This document shows positions 35,180 to 45,648 of a stretch of 64,000 bases of DNA, one piece after another. This stretch comes from a virus (lineage: Duplodnaviria; Heunggongvirae; Uroviricota; Caudoviricetes): IMG/VR virus record IMGVR_UViG_3300012348_000136, positions 1-64,000 of that record; one strand, given 5' to 3'. Position numbers and translations under genes: made by a program. The notes beneath the pieces were generated by a model. That model ran no database searches and had not been told where the DNA came from. It was given only the letters and a program-made list of their open reading frames with translations. The first letter of the stretch is position 1. Every line of letters begins with the position of its first letter.

Positions 35180-36581
35180 TATTTCTCTTGAATCCCTTAT
35201 CTTAAACAACCTTGTCAACAATGAAGCATACACACGCAAAGCTATGCCTCATATTAAGCCTGAATACTTTACAGGCTCTCAGCGTGTAATCTATGAGCTG
35301 ATTCTTGACTTCATCAGCAAGTATAATAAGCTTCCAAACGCTAGTGTACTTGACATTGAATTTCAAAAAAGTAATGCAGCGGTGCGTCCAGACCGTCACG
35401 ATATTCTAAAAGAGATACGTGAATTTAGTACGCCACAACCAGCTGAACATGAATGGCTTGTAGACAGCACTGAAAAGTGGTGTAAGGATCGCGCTGTTCA
35501 TTTGGCTGTTATGGAAGCCATCTCAATCATCGATGGCAAAAATAAAGATAAGGCCGAAGGAGCAATTCCTGAGATTCTTAACAAAGCTTTAAGCGTAACA
35601 TTTGATACAAACGTAGGTCACGACTATCTTGAGAATGCTGATCGTCGATTTGATTTCTATCATCGTGTTGAAGATAAGATTGAGTTTGATCTTGATATGC
35701 TTAATCAAATTACCAATGGCGGTGTTCCTCGTAAGACACTAAATATCATCCTTGCAGGTACAGGTGTTGGTAAGAGTTTGGGTATGTGTCACCTTGCCGC
35801 AGCTGACCTTTCTATGGGTCGCAACGTTCTTTACATTACGATGGAAATGGCAGAAGAACGTATTGCTGAACGTATTGATGCTAACCTGCTTGATGTTCGT
35901 ATTGATGAGCTAAAGAACTTGTCACAAACTGCTTTCTCATCGAAGATTAAGAACCTATCAGAACGCACAAAAGGTAAGATTGTTATTAAGGAATATCCAA
36001 CAGCTAGTGCACATGCTGGACACTTCCGCGCATTGCTACATGAGCTGAAACTGAAAAAGAAGTTTACGCCTGATGTCATTTACATTGACTATCTTAACAT
36101 TTGCGCTAGCAGCCGTATTAAAGGATTAAGCGGTAGTGTTAATACTTACAGCTTAATCAAGGCTATTGCTGAAGAACTACGTGGTCTTGCGGTTGAATTT
36201 AATGTTCCGATTTGGAGTGCAACACAGGTTACACGTGGCGGCTATAACAGTTCCGATGTTGAACTAACTGACACATCCGAAAGTTTCGGTTTGCCTGCAA
36301 CCGCTGACTTGATGATTGCGTTTATCAGCACTGAGCAACTTGAAAAGATGAATCAGCTTATGGTTAAACAGCTCAAGAATCGTTATAATGATGCAAATAC
36401 AAATAAGCGATTCACTGTTGGTATTGATCGCTCAAAGATGCGACTGTATGATGTTGCTGATCCAACCGCAAATATTATGAGTGAGGAATCTTCATCAGCT
36501 GCGCCAGTTGCAAATACACCATTTAGTCGAGGCGGTAATAATGCACAAAGAGGAAAATCCTTTAGCGACTTCAAAGTATGA
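35172..36581 (+). CDS. 41: gp41-like replicative DNA helicase (DnaB family)
   Basis: ILAGTGVGKSLGMCHLAA ... NVLYITMEMAEE ... IDANLLDV ... GLPATADLMIA match my recollection of T4 gp41. Confidence 0.8.
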   Translation: MIDISLESLILNNLVNNEAYTRKAMPHIKPEYFTGSQRVIYELILDFISKYNKLPNASVLDIEFQKSNAAVRPDRHDILKEIREFSTPQPAEHEWLVDSTEKWCKDRAVHLAVMEAISIIDGKNKDKAEGAIPEILNKALSVTFDTNVGHDYLENADRRFDFYHRVEDKIEFDLDMLNQITNGGVPRKTLNIILAGTGVGKSLGMCHLAAADLSMGRNVLYITMEMAEERIAERIDANLLDVRIDELKNLSQTAFSSKIKNLSERTKGKIVIKEYPTASAHAGHFRALLHELKLKKKFTPDVIYIDYLNICASSRIKGLSGSVNTYSLIKAIAEELRGLAVEFNVPIWSATQVTRGGYNSSDVELTDTSESFGLPATADLMIAFISTEQLEKMNQLMVKQLKNRYNDANTNKRFTVGIDRSKMRLYDVADPTANIMSEESSSAAPVANTPFSRGGNNAQRGKSFSDFKV

Positions 36582-36630
36582 AAATTATAATATCAAAAGA
36601 CTATAATGTAATTCGTGATGGGGATCACAT

Positions 36631-36804
36631 ATGCACCCAGTTCTTAATCAGGATGAATGCGGTTACATTCAAGTAATTCAGGATTTTTCAATTGGATCAC
36701 GTCGTACGCAAAGAGAAGGAAGATGGTTAGGTATGCTACCACCGCCCGATCATCTATGCTCACGACATGTTGAAATAAATGCTGAAGATTTAGTGTTTGT
36801 ATAA
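36631..36804 (+). CDS. small ORF (57 aa)
   Basis: Hand-read; low support. Confidence 0.2.
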   Translation: MHPVLNQDECGYIQVIQDFSIGSRRTQREGRWLGMLPPPDHLCSRHVEINAEDLVFV

Positions 36805-36807
36805 ATA
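36800..36807 (+). promoter_or_regulatory. T4-type late promoter core
   Basis: Exact TATAAATA a few nt upstream of the ATG at 36814. Confidence 0.4.
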
Positions 36808-36813
36808 GACTAT

Positions 36814-38364
36814 ATGTCTACAACACTTAGCTTAAAAGGATACTTAGCTGAGGCGATTTCCTCGTCTTCAGCGGATAAAGCAGCTTTCCTTATTGCTAAA
36901 TATCTCAAGAAAAAGACAGGATTGATCTTCTTCCGTTATCCGGGCCTTGAGAAATTTAAAAGCAGTAAAGGTCAGGGATTCGGCTTACGCTTCTATACTC
37001 ACAAAAAGAATCGCTCTGTTCGATTTAACTGGGTTAGCGTAACTGCAGTTGGAATGGTTGGTCTACACAGCATCGACTATTGGGATGGCGTTTCGGATAC
37101 ACCATGGCACATCGAGTTTGACACTGAAGTTTCATTGGTTAAGACATTGCCGATCATTGCATCGATGATCAGTAAGGTAAAACCAGAACTTGGTTCGTTC
37201 TATACTCTACCAGATGGTGTTCCTCTTGAGGAAGCAGGCCTTGTTGCAGAATCAGCAATGATTCTTGAAGCAAAAGGCGGTGTTAGTGTTGAGGATATGC
37301 TTGACGGTATTCTTGACATGGTTGCAATGCCAAACTTCTCAAAGGGTAAGGTATACACTGCATACAAAGGCGCTGGTATGAAGATCTTCGATCAGCTTGA
37401 AATGATGTACCCAACCTTGATTGTTAAGAGCGGTACAAAGTATACTTGGGATGGTTCTCCAAAGGATCTGCAAAAGATCAAAAAGGAAAAGAACAAGTTG
37501 CTTGCGGCAATTGGTAGTGTTGAAGCAAAGGTAACAAAAGGCGCATCTAATGAAACATATGCGCCTGAAGGTAACATCGCTGAAATTGAAAATAACCGCG
37601 AGCGCCTTTCATTTGAAAAGCAGTTGCTTGACCTTGAGAACTTGCTTAAGCTAACGGTCAACGGTGCCGCAAACGCAATCTTCGTTTCAGGTAAAGGTGG
37701 TGTTGGTAAGACTCACACAACCGAAAAGATTCTTGCAAGCATGGGTCTACGTGACGGTGCTGGTTACTTCAAGAATACTGGTTCTGCTTCGGCTGCTGGT
37801 ATGTACTCGTTGCTATTCCGCTACAAGAACGATATTATCTTCTTCGATGACTCTGACGACGCTCTTAAGGATCAGGAAAGCCGTAACTTGCTTAAGGCTG
37901 CAACTGATACCAAGAAGATTCGTAAGCTTGTTTGGAACAAGATGGGTAAGAACGTTGTTGATAACGAGGATATGACCGACGAAGAAATCCTTGACCAAGG
38001 GTTGATTCCACGTTTCTTCGAATTCACTGGTAAGGTAATCTTTATCTCTAACCTTGATCTTGACAAGCTAGATCCAGACGGTGCACTACGCACTCGCGCA
38101 TTCATCGTAAACATCGATCCAACTGAAATGGAAATCTATGATTTCATGGAAAAGATCGTTGGTGATATCCAACTTGAAGATGGTCTTACGCTTGATCTTA
38201 CAGCACGTAAGCACGTTGTTGATCTGCTACGTAAAGGTAAGAGCAAACAAAGCGCTAACCTTCGTAAGCTATCACGCGGCCTATCTATGGCAGCAGGTGC
38301 ACTTGCAGCTGGCGTTGATGTCAGCGACAATGACCTGCAGCGCATGATTGAAACATACGCTTAA
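36814..38364 (+). CDS. AAA+-type P-loop ATPase with an unknown N-terminal domain
   Basis: Walker A GKGGVGKT, Walker B IIFFDD about 55 aa later, sensor-1-like VIFISN, then ALRTRAF. Confidence 0.5.
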   Translation: MSTTLSLKGYLAEAISSSSADKAAFLIAKYLKKKTGLIFFRYPGLEKFKSSKGQGFGLRFYTHKKNRSVRFNWVSVTAVGMVGLHSIDYWDGVSDTPWHIEFDTEVSLVKTLPIIASMISKVKPELGSFYTLPDGVPLEEAGLVAESAMILEAKGGVSVEDMLDGILDMVAMPNFSKGKVYTAYKGAGMKIFDQLEMMYPTLIVKSGTKYTWDGSPKDLQKIKKEKNKLLAAIGSVEAKVTKGASNETYAPEGNIAEIENNRERLSFEKQLLDLENLLKLTVNGAANAIFVSGKGGVGKTHTTEKILASMGLRDGAGYFKNTGSASAAGMYSLLFRYKNDIIFFDDSDDALKDQESRNLLKAATDTKKIRKLVWNKMGKNVVDNEDMTDEEILDQGLIPRFFEFTGKVIFISNLDLDKLDPDGALRTRAFIVNIDPTEMEIYDFMEKIVGDIQLEDGLTLDLTARKHVVDLLRKGKSKQSANLRKLSRGLSMAAGALAAGVDVSDNDLQRMIETYA

Positions 38365-38795
38365 TGAAACTCGTAAAAGTATACGGCTGCTCAAAAACCC
38401 CAACTCGTAAGGACTTAGTCCGCCGAGCAGCCGTATACTTTCTTAAGCTTTTACTACCACGTAAACGAAAAATACAAATTGACATTCATCTCGAAGAAGA
38501 CCTTATAACAAAAGAAAGCGTCTATGGTGAATGTTATCATATGTCTAAGTCGCCGTCTAAGTATAAAATACGGCTTGACAAAGACATGAATGATCTTACG
38601 CTAATAACAACACTGGCGCACGAATTTATCCACGTGAAACAGTTTGATCGCAATGAATTAGCGTTTCTTTATAGCTGTAGCCGTTGGCACGGCGAATATT
38701 ATCCAGATGATGAGTTTATTGAAAGTGAAGAACCATGGGAGGTTGAGCCGCGTGAACGCGAATCAGACTTAGCCTCAAAATTCTTTGCACAATAA
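38364..38795 (+). CDS. HExxH zinc-metallopeptidase-like protein
   Basis: TLAHEFIHVKQ motif. Confidence 0.45.
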   Translation: MKLVKVYGCSKTPTRKDLVRRAAVYFLKLLLPRKRKIQIDIHLEEDLITKESVYGECYHMSKSPSKYKIRLDKDMNDLTLITTLAHEFIHVKQFDRNELAFLYSCSRWHGEYYPDDEFIESEEPWEVEPRERESDLASKFFAQ

Positions 38796-38804
38796 ATATC
38801 ATCT

Positions 38805-39626
38805 ATGGCTGCATCAGAAGGAGTAGATTTAGAATGGGCGATTGTTGACTATGTAAATACTCAGATGTCAAACAAAATAGTATCGTCTGGTAAAACATAT
38901 TCTAAGAAGATAGAAGACCAAGCAAAAAAATGCACTGAGCATATTATTAAGTATGCAGCTGGCAAGCGCGTTGAAGCGTGGCATTCAGACGATTCAACAA
39001 ATCCATTTGGGATTGCGATTTACGCGAAACCGGAACCTAAAACCGATATTATACTTAAGATCGGCTCAAAGGTTTATTCTACATCGGTTAAAATGGCTGG
39101 AGGCGTACAATTAGCATCAGGCCAGGGTTCGTCAACAGCGGACTTATTTGAGGCAGCATCAAAGTCATTAAGCAATTCAAAAAAGAAAACAGTATTAAGT
39201 TCTATCATAAAAGAATTAAGAGTTCTTCCTACTAGATTATTATCACAATCAAATCTCAATAGGATTTTAACTGAAGGATCAGATTCAACAATTAAGGAAT
39301 TTGTATCACGTGGAAAAATCATAAGTGATAAAAGCTATGACTTGTGGTTGAAAAATAATAAGCCAAAATTAATGAGTGATTTGCTGAGTTATATCCAAAA
39401 GGATAAGGAATTCACTGAAGCTCTACTATATGAAAGTATGACTGGTGAGCAAACGTTAAAGTCATATAGAGGAGCGGTTGCGGATTCAATTATTAGTCCT
39501 AAAGGATTCTATGTCATAGATTCAAAATATGTGTCTTCTATCATGAATAAGATTAAATTTGACATCCGCGGTAAGTCAAGAAGTGGAATTACTGGACTAG
39601 CATTCAGAATAGATTTAAAAGCATGA
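38805..39626 (+). CDS. hypothetical protein (273 aa)
   Basis: Track ORF. Confidence 0.45.
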   Translation: MAASEGVDLEWAIVDYVNTQMSNKIVSSGKTYSKKIEDQAKKCTEHIIKYAAGKRVEAWHSDDSTNPFGIAIYAKPEPKTDIILKIGSKVYSTSVKMAGGVQLASGQGSSTADLFEAASKSLSNSKKKTVLSSIIKELRVLPTRLLSQSNLNRILTEGSDSTIKEFVSRGKIISDKSYDLWLKNNKPKLMSDLLSYIQKDKEFTEALLYESMTGEQTLKSYRGAVADSIISPKGFYVIDSKYVSSIMNKIKFDIRGKSRSGITGLAFRIDLKA

Positions 39627-40924
39627 AATCATTTAGAAGTTTTTTAACTGAAGGAGCAAACCTTGCACCAGCCGAACTTTATAAGTACGATTGGCGTCTT
39701 GAGCTGTTTATCGACAAACTTAAAAGTGGGCTACCATTAGCTCTTGTAAAAGGCGGAGAGATTTCGCTGCACTATGACGCGGACGCTGAAAGTCGTTTAC
39801 GCGCTAAGCAAGACCCAGGTAAGATTTCTTTTCGAGGTTATGACAATTCCGTCTATTACCTAAAGGACTTTGCAAAGTCAAAGGAATTTGGAGGAGGCGG
39901 TGGTTCTGGTGCAGGTGCCGACGTTACACAGCTAACCGAAAGCGCGCAGGCAGTTTATGCTGCAGCTAAATGGGCTGGCGCTAAGACATATAATACTGCT
40001 GAATTAACTCAAGGATATTCTCACTCTGAAGTTGATGATGATCTTAATCGTATCTTAAATGACTTGCCAAAAGAATGGCGTGAGTCATGCATTCTTGGTG
40101 CTGAGGAATTATACAAACTACTTCATGGAAAAGCTTACACATTCCATCGTGGTAGTGCATGGGTAGATAAACTTGAAAAGCACTTCAAGACTCTTAATTC
40201 TAAAGAGAAGGCTTTCTCAAACTTAAATAAGTGGAGTCCAGCTGATATTTACTTAGTGTCTCCTGTTGGTAAAAATATTCACTTTGAGAATGCACAAAGT
40301 ATTGCTGAATTAAACAGCATGCTAACTGAAGCATTAAAGAACAAAGATGTAGTTGGCGTGTCATTGAAGCTACTTAAAAAGAATGCTCATATTTCATACT
40401 ACAACTTTGATACCAAGAAAAAGATTGTTGAATTTGATCACTTCACAACTGGTAACAAAGGATTCTTTAGCGGTAAGGACGTCTATATGTACTTTACGTT
40501 AGACGGTAAGATTCAGTTCCGTACATTTCCCGAAACATTCCAAGGCGAAATTAAAGGTAAGAATGCTAACCAAGGGAAGTTAAGTTATGGACCAATTCAA
40601 ACGATTCTTCGCCAACTAAAGCTACCTCAGCTGATTGACGTTAAGAAACTGCGTAGCGGATTGCAAAAGAGCGACCCAACCTTGCTTAAGGAGTTTTATT
40701 CAAACTATACACGTTACTCAAAGGACACCGTAAAGGTTTCATATGACGAGTTTGTTGACAGGATAAAAGATCAGGGCGTTTCTTGGTCCTTTAGTAAATT
40801 CCTTGGAGTTGAACTTATTGACATAATCTCAAAAAGCTCGCAAGAAGACGAGTTTATTACAGCATGCATCAGCTATGCAAGTAGCAGCAGCGATCTTAGC
40901 GCACCATTTATCAAATTAGAATAA
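39623..40924 (+). CDS. putative internal head protein (capsid-targeting-sequence-like N-terminus)
   Basis: N-terminus MKSFRSFLTEG resembles the T4 internal-protein targeting peptide MKTYQEFIAEA. Confidence 0.45.
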   Translation: MKSFRSFLTEGANLAPAELYKYDWRLELFIDKLKSGLPLALVKGGEISLHYDADAESRLRAKQDPGKISFRGYDNSVYYLKDFAKSKEFGGGGGSGAGADVTQLTESAQAVYAAAKWAGAKTYNTAELTQGYSHSEVDDDLNRILNDLPKEWRESCILGAEELYKLLHGKAYTFHRGSAWVDKLEKHFKTLNSKEKAFSNLNKWSPADIYLVSPVGKNIHFENAQSIAELNSMLTEALKNKDVVGVSLKLLKKNAHISYYNFDTKKKIVEFDHFTTGNKGFFSGKDVYMYFTLDGKIQFRTFPETFQGEIKGKNANQGKLSYGPIQTILRQLKLPQLIDVKKLRSGLQKSDPTLLKEFYSNYTRYSKDTVKVSYDEFVDRIKDQGVSWSFSKFLGVELIDIISKSSQEDEFITACISYASSSSDLSAPFIKLE

Positions 40925-40927
40925 CAC

Positions 40928-42166
40928 ATGAAATCATTTAAAGACTACATCGCTGAGGCTTCGGCTGAAGGCAAAAATTTACACATGACTCATATCGAGG
41001 ATGCTGTTATTTACGGCGGCATTAAAGGAGCACGTGATGCAATTCTTGCGTTGCGAAGCTTACGCGATATGCTCGCGGGTAATGCTAAATCAGCCACAGA
41101 CGTTACAGTAAAATGGGATGGTGCACCGGCAGTATTTGCTGGTATTGATCCATCGGACGGACAGTTCTTTGTTGCTAAGAAAGGTATCTTCAACAAGAAT
41201 CCAAAGATCTATAAGAGCGTGTCAGACGTTCGTGCTGATACGTCTGGAGACCTTGCTGATAAACTGTCCATTGCTTTTAATGAATTACAAAAGCTTGGAA
41301 TTAAAGGAGTGCTACAAGGTGACATTATGTTCACCCAAAAGGATCTTAGTGTTGAAGACTATGATGGAGAAAAGTACATCACGTTTCAGCCCAACACAAT
41401 TGTTTATGCAGTTCAAGCTAATAGCGAAATTGCAAAGACTATCAAGAAAGCTAAAATTGGCGTAGTATTCCATACACGATACACCGGAGCTACTCTTGAA
41501 AGTATGAAAGCTTCTTATGACTTTGATCAAAGCGAACTTAAAAAGACTTCGTCAGTTTGGTTCCAAGACGCAAAAGTTCATGACCTTTCAGGTAAGGCTA
41601 CCTTTACAGCTGAAGAGACCGCTGAGCTAACCGCAAGACTGTCAGTTGCAGGTAAGATATTTCAAAAGATCAACGGTTCTACACTCAAGGAAATTGAAGA
41701 CAATCCTGACTTTGCACAAAGCCTTGAAACATTCAATAACACATATGTACGTCGCGGTGAAACCGTAAAGGATACAAAAGCACATGTTGATAACTTAATC
41801 AAATGGGCAACAGATCGCTTCAATAAAGACATCGAGTCTAAGAAGTCAGCAAAAGGTAAGGAAGCTGCATCGGCAAAACGCGACGACTATATGAAGTTCT
41901 TTTCGGATGAAAACAAAAAGAACCTCAACTTGGTTTATCAGCTACAAAATGCAATTATTGATGCAAAGATGTTAATTATAAATAAACTCGATACTCTTAA
42001 AAAGTTAAGTACTTTTATTAGAACTAAGAACGGATTTAGAGTTACAAGTCAAGAAGGTTTTGTTGCAATTGATCATTTATCAGGTGGCGCAGTAAAATTG
42101 GTTGACCGCATGAATTTCTCTTATTCAAATTTTAGTCCTGACGTAATTAAAGGATGGGATCGCTAA
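40928..42166 (+). CDS. putative internal head protein (capsid-targeting-sequence-like N-terminus)
   Basis: N-terminus MKSFKDYIAEA; also carries a KWDG motif reminiscent of nucleotidyltransferase motif I. Confidence 0.45.
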   Translation: MKSFKDYIAEASAEGKNLHMTHIEDAVIYGGIKGARDAILALRSLRDMLAGNAKSATDVTVKWDGAPAVFAGIDPSDGQFFVAKKGIFNKNPKIYKSVSDVRADTSGDLADKLSIAFNELQKLGIKGVLQGDIMFTQKDLSVEDYDGEKYITFQPNTIVYAVQANSEIAKTIKKAKIGVVFHTRYTGATLESMKASYDFDQSELKKTSSVWFQDAKVHDLSGKATFTAEETAELTARLSVAGKIFQKINGSTLKEIEDNPDFAQSLETFNNTYVRRGETVKDTKAHVDNLIKWATDRFNKDIESKKSAKGKEAASAKRDDYMKFFSDENKKNLNLVYQLQNAIIDAKMLIINKLDTLKKLSTFIRTKNGFRVTSQEGFVAIDHLSGGAVKLVDRMNFSYSNFSPDVIKGWDR

Positions 42167-42167
42167 T

Positions 42168-43166
42168 ATGAAACAATCAGATACACCTGCAAGTAAAGAA
42201 CCTAAGAAGATTCGATTAAAGGATCTTATCGCTGTTGACTACACTGACGACTCATGGCCTGAGGACGAAGAAGGACAGTTAGCATACGATTATTGGAAGC
42301 GCGCGTCTGGAGTTCTTGATGAGGAAGAAATTGAAGAAGGCATTGATTGGTTTAAGCTTGTCTATGGTGACAGCAAATTAGCTATTGCTAAGAAGATTAA
42401 AGCTACCCCATCTAAGACTTTAGAAACTCTAGCTAAATCAAATCCAAATGCAGCTGGTGCTCAAAAATTTCAGCATGAGTTTGCCGTAAAAGAACTTGAA
42501 TATCGCAAGAAGATTAATGATCATTCTGACGGTAACCCAAAATATAAGAAAGAATATGGGAATGGATATAGTCATTTAGAAGATTCACTCGAAGAATCTC
42601 ACGATTCTCAAATCTCTAAGTATGAACTAAATGGCGAGCTTAAGCGTGTAAATGATCGTATTAAGTTCCTACGTGCGGCTCATCATGGTTCCTCTTTACC
42701 TAAGGACGTTTCATCTGAGCTAAAGCGACTTGAAGATCAACGTGATAGTATTCTTTCAATGCTTAAGGAAGAAGATATCCTTGAAGATGTTGACTCTGAG
42801 ACTATCACAGAGGCACTTAATATGTTGCAGCGCATGAAGCGCCGCGCGATTATGCGTAGAAACAAATCAAAGATTCTTGCAGGCCGTCGTCGCGCGCAAC
42901 GCCGCCGCGCATCCACCTCAGTTCTTCAGCAACGTGCAGTGCGCGCGGCTCGTGCTGCTCTTGCTCGCCGCTTGTTACATAAAAATAAAGGTGAAGCTAG
43001 CTATGGTGAAAAGGTTCGAGTTGAAAGAATGCTTGCTGCTCGCCAAGGGGCAATTAAGAACATTGCTCGCCGTCTTCTTTCAAAGGTTCGTCAAAAGGAA
43101 CGTATGCGTTTCCAAAAGCATGCTACCCCTCCAAAGCCAATCCAATCCATTAAGCCAAATAAGTAA
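42168..43166 (+). CDS. hypothetical protein with a strongly basic C-terminus
   Basis: Arg-rich tail RRRAQRRRAST... Confidence 0.45.
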   Translation: MKQSDTPASKEPKKIRLKDLIAVDYTDDSWPEDEEGQLAYDYWKRASGVLDEEEIEEGIDWFKLVYGDSKLAIAKKIKATPSKTLETLAKSNPNAAGAQKFQHEFAVKELEYRKKINDHSDGNPKYKKEYGNGYSHLEDSLEESHDSQISKYELNGELKRVNDRIKFLRAAHHGSSLPKDVSSELKRLEDQRDSILSMLKEEDILEDVDSETITEALNMLQRMKRRAIMRRNKSKILAGRRRAQRRRASTSVLQQRAVRAARAALARRLLHKNKGEASYGEKVRVERMLAARQGAIKNIARRLLSKVRQKERMRFQKHATPPKPIQSIKPNK

Positions 43167-44401
43167 TGGGACTCAAATCATTCCGTACCTACACCGAAGA
43201 ATCAACTAAGGAATTAGTTGCGACATTCGGCCGCTTTAATCCGCCGACAATTGGTCATGAAAAATTGATTAATGCGGTTGCAAAAGAAGGCAAAGGTAAA
43301 ACATATCGCATTTACGCATCGCAAAGCGAGGATTCAAAAAAGAACCCGCTATCTTACGATGATAAGATTAAATTTATGCGTAAGATGTTTCCACAGTATG
43401 GTCGCAATATCATACTGGATCGCGCAATCAAAAATGTGTTTAACGTAGCGTCAGCTGCACATGACGATGGCTACACAAAATTCACGTTGGTTGTAGGGAG
43501 CGATCGTGTTCCAGAATTTAAGTCTTTGCTTGCAAAGTATGATGGTGTTAAAGGTACACATGGGTACTATAAATTCCGTGATGGTATTCAAGTTGTATCT
43601 GCGGGCGAACGCGATCCTGATGCAGACGATGTAAGTGGTATGAGTGCATCAAAGATGCGTGCTGCGGCGGCTGATAACGATCTTGATACTTTTGCAAAAG
43701 GACTGCCTAAAACATTTGGTGAAGTCAAGGAGTTGTTTAATGCTGTGCGAAAAGGAATGGGTCTAAAAGAAAGCCATAACTTCCGTAAGCATGTTCAGTT
43801 TGAGCCACTAAGCAATATTCGTGAACGCTATATTGCTGGAGAAATTTTCAATGTTGGCGATGAAGTTTATGCTGAATCTGAGAGTGACATGATCCTTACT
43901 GTTGAATCACGCGGACCAAACCATGTCACGTGTAAACTACCAAATGGAGAAACCAAACGCTTCTTTATAACCGATCTGCATATAGTTGAAGGCTCTTCAT
44001 ACTATACGGGCCTGTCAAAATCAACCGCTGATAAACGCGAAAAGCATTTTGACAAGAACGCTAAGAAGGATGACGATGATGACAGTGCATACGCGCCTGC
44101 ACCAGGCGATAAGACCGCTGTCACTAAACCTTCAAAATACACAAAAGAATATCAAAGGAGATTTGATGAAGGCGCTAGCCCAGTGTCTAAAGCACTGCGT
44201 AAAAAGTCAGAAGATTCTGGTATTGACTATGGTATACTTAAAGACGTATATGACCGTGGACATGCTGCATGGAGAACTGGCCATCGTCCTGGAACAACGC
44301 CTGAGCAGTGGGGATTGGCTAGAGTAAACAGTTTTATAGTTGGAGGAACAACCCGCAAGACCACAGACTCCGACTTATGGAAAAAGCATAAAGGTAAATA
44401 A
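43166..44401 (+). CDS. cytidylyltransferase-like nucleotidyltransferase, NMNAT candidate, with capsid-targeting-like N-terminus
   Basis: N-terminus MGLKSFRTYTEES, then GRFNPPTIGHEKL (HxGH motif) and SGMSASKMR (ISSTxxR-like); unknown C-terminal half. Confidence 0.5.
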   Translation: MGLKSFRTYTEESTKELVATFGRFNPPTIGHEKLINAVAKEGKGKTYRIYASQSEDSKKNPLSYDDKIKFMRKMFPQYGRNIILDRAIKNVFNVASAAHDDGYTKFTLVVGSDRVPEFKSLLAKYDGVKGTHGYYKFRDGIQVVSAGERDPDADDVSGMSASKMRAAAADNDLDTFAKGLPKTFGEVKELFNAVRKGMGLKESHNFRKHVQFEPLSNIRERYIAGEIFNVGDEVYAESESDMILTVESRGPNHVTCKLPNGETKRFFITDLHIVEGSSYYTGLSKSTADKREKHFDKNAKKDDDDDSAYAPAPGDKTAVTKPSKYTKEYQRRFDEGASPVSKALRKKSEDSGIDYGILKDVYDRGHAAWRTGHRPGTTPEQWGLARVNSFIVGGTTRKTTDSDLWKKHKGK

Positions 44402-44409
44402 ATAAACAT

Positions 44410-45648
44410 ATGAAGAAACTTTCACAAATTGAATCAGAAGCCATTGCGATATATGAAAATATGGAAATGGCACTCGGAGGTAACTCAAATGAAATTGTCC
44501 CTCCAATCACACCAGCGACGGTTGACCGTGTTGGTTCTGCGCTAGAGAAGTTAGATCAAATTGGCGAAATGGCAAATGATCTATACAATACAATTTCTCA
44601 TCTTGAAGAAATTGATGCAGAGACTGATGCTGCTCTAACAGGTGCATACAATTCTATTGACGACCTATACACGAAGATTGATGACAAGTATGACGTCATT
44701 CCAGTTGAACTCGATGAATATGACATTGAGGAAGAACTTGAACTTTCAGCCGACATTGAAATCATTGCTGAAAAGCTATCAGCTGATGCAGATGCATCTG
44801 AATGGATCGATGATTTTGTCAATAGCGATGCTCCACAGTTTAAAGGTAAGTCCAAGAAGGAACGTATCAAGATGGCTCTAGGCGCATACTATGGTGCACA
44901 AAAGAACGAAGAAGTTGATCTTGAAGAAGCAGCTGCATCTGACACTAAATGGCGAGTAGCATTCTCATATGCTGATCCATCTGGATCTGGTGTTGCTAAT
45001 GCTAGAATCGTTATTAAAGCAAACGATTCCGAAACTGCAAAACGATATGCAGAAACAAGTCTTAAAAGAAAAGGCAATTACAAAGATTTCAAAATTAAGT
45101 CTGCTTCGAAGATGAATGAAGAAGTTGAGCTTGAAGAAGCGCTGTTACCAAGTCACAATTGGAGTCCTGGTCATGATATGGTACCTGCGCCAATTGGTAA
45201 AGATACTATAACTGCAAAAGGAACGACCAAAGACATTCAAAAACTTTGGGGTATCAAAATGCGCGCAGGAAAGTGGGCTGATACCTTCGTTGGCATGTAT
45301 AAAGATGGAACGCTTGGAATTTTTAACAATGATGGCGAATGGAAATATAAAAATGTAGCCGATTTTGAAAAAGCCTTTGCTAAATTCCGTAAGACAGGCG
45401 ATCTTGACGAGAATGTTGACCTTGAAGAAAGTGTTAACCTTCCAAAAATCAAAGAGCTTGTATCACTTGCTCTAATTGATGAAAAAGATGTACCTGCTAC
45501 AATTGCTGCATTAAAAGCAACTCAATCTGATAAGACATTAACTCCAGCGCAAACCAAACTACTTGGTAACCTTGCTGTTATGTTGACCAACGTTATCCTT
45601 GGAGATACAAGTGCATTGTCCAGCGTTAAGCGCGCATCTAAGGAATAA
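44410..45648 (+). CDS. acidic repeat protein, possibly a processed internal-protein precursor
   Basis: Repeated EEVDLEEA, EEVELEEA and ENVDLEES (LxE-type sites). Confidence 0.45.
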   Translation: MKKLSQIESEAIAIYENMEMALGGNSNEIVPPITPATVDRVGSALEKLDQIGEMANDLYNTISHLEEIDAETDAALTGAYNSIDDLYTKIDDKYDVIPVELDEYDIEEELELSADIEIIAEKLSADADASEWIDDFVNSDAPQFKGKSKKERIKMALGAYYGAQKNEEVDLEEAAASDTKWRVAFSYADPSGSGVANARIVIKANDSETAKRYAETSLKRKGNYKDFKIKSASKMNEEVELEEALLPSHNWSPGHDMVPAPIGKDTITAKGTTKDIQKLWGIKMRAGKWADTFVGMYKDGTLGIFNNDGEWKYKNVADFEKAFAKFRKTGDLDENVDLEESVNLPKIKELVSLALIDEKDVPATIAALKATQSDKTLTPAQTKLLGNLAVMLTNVILGDTSALSSVKRASKE

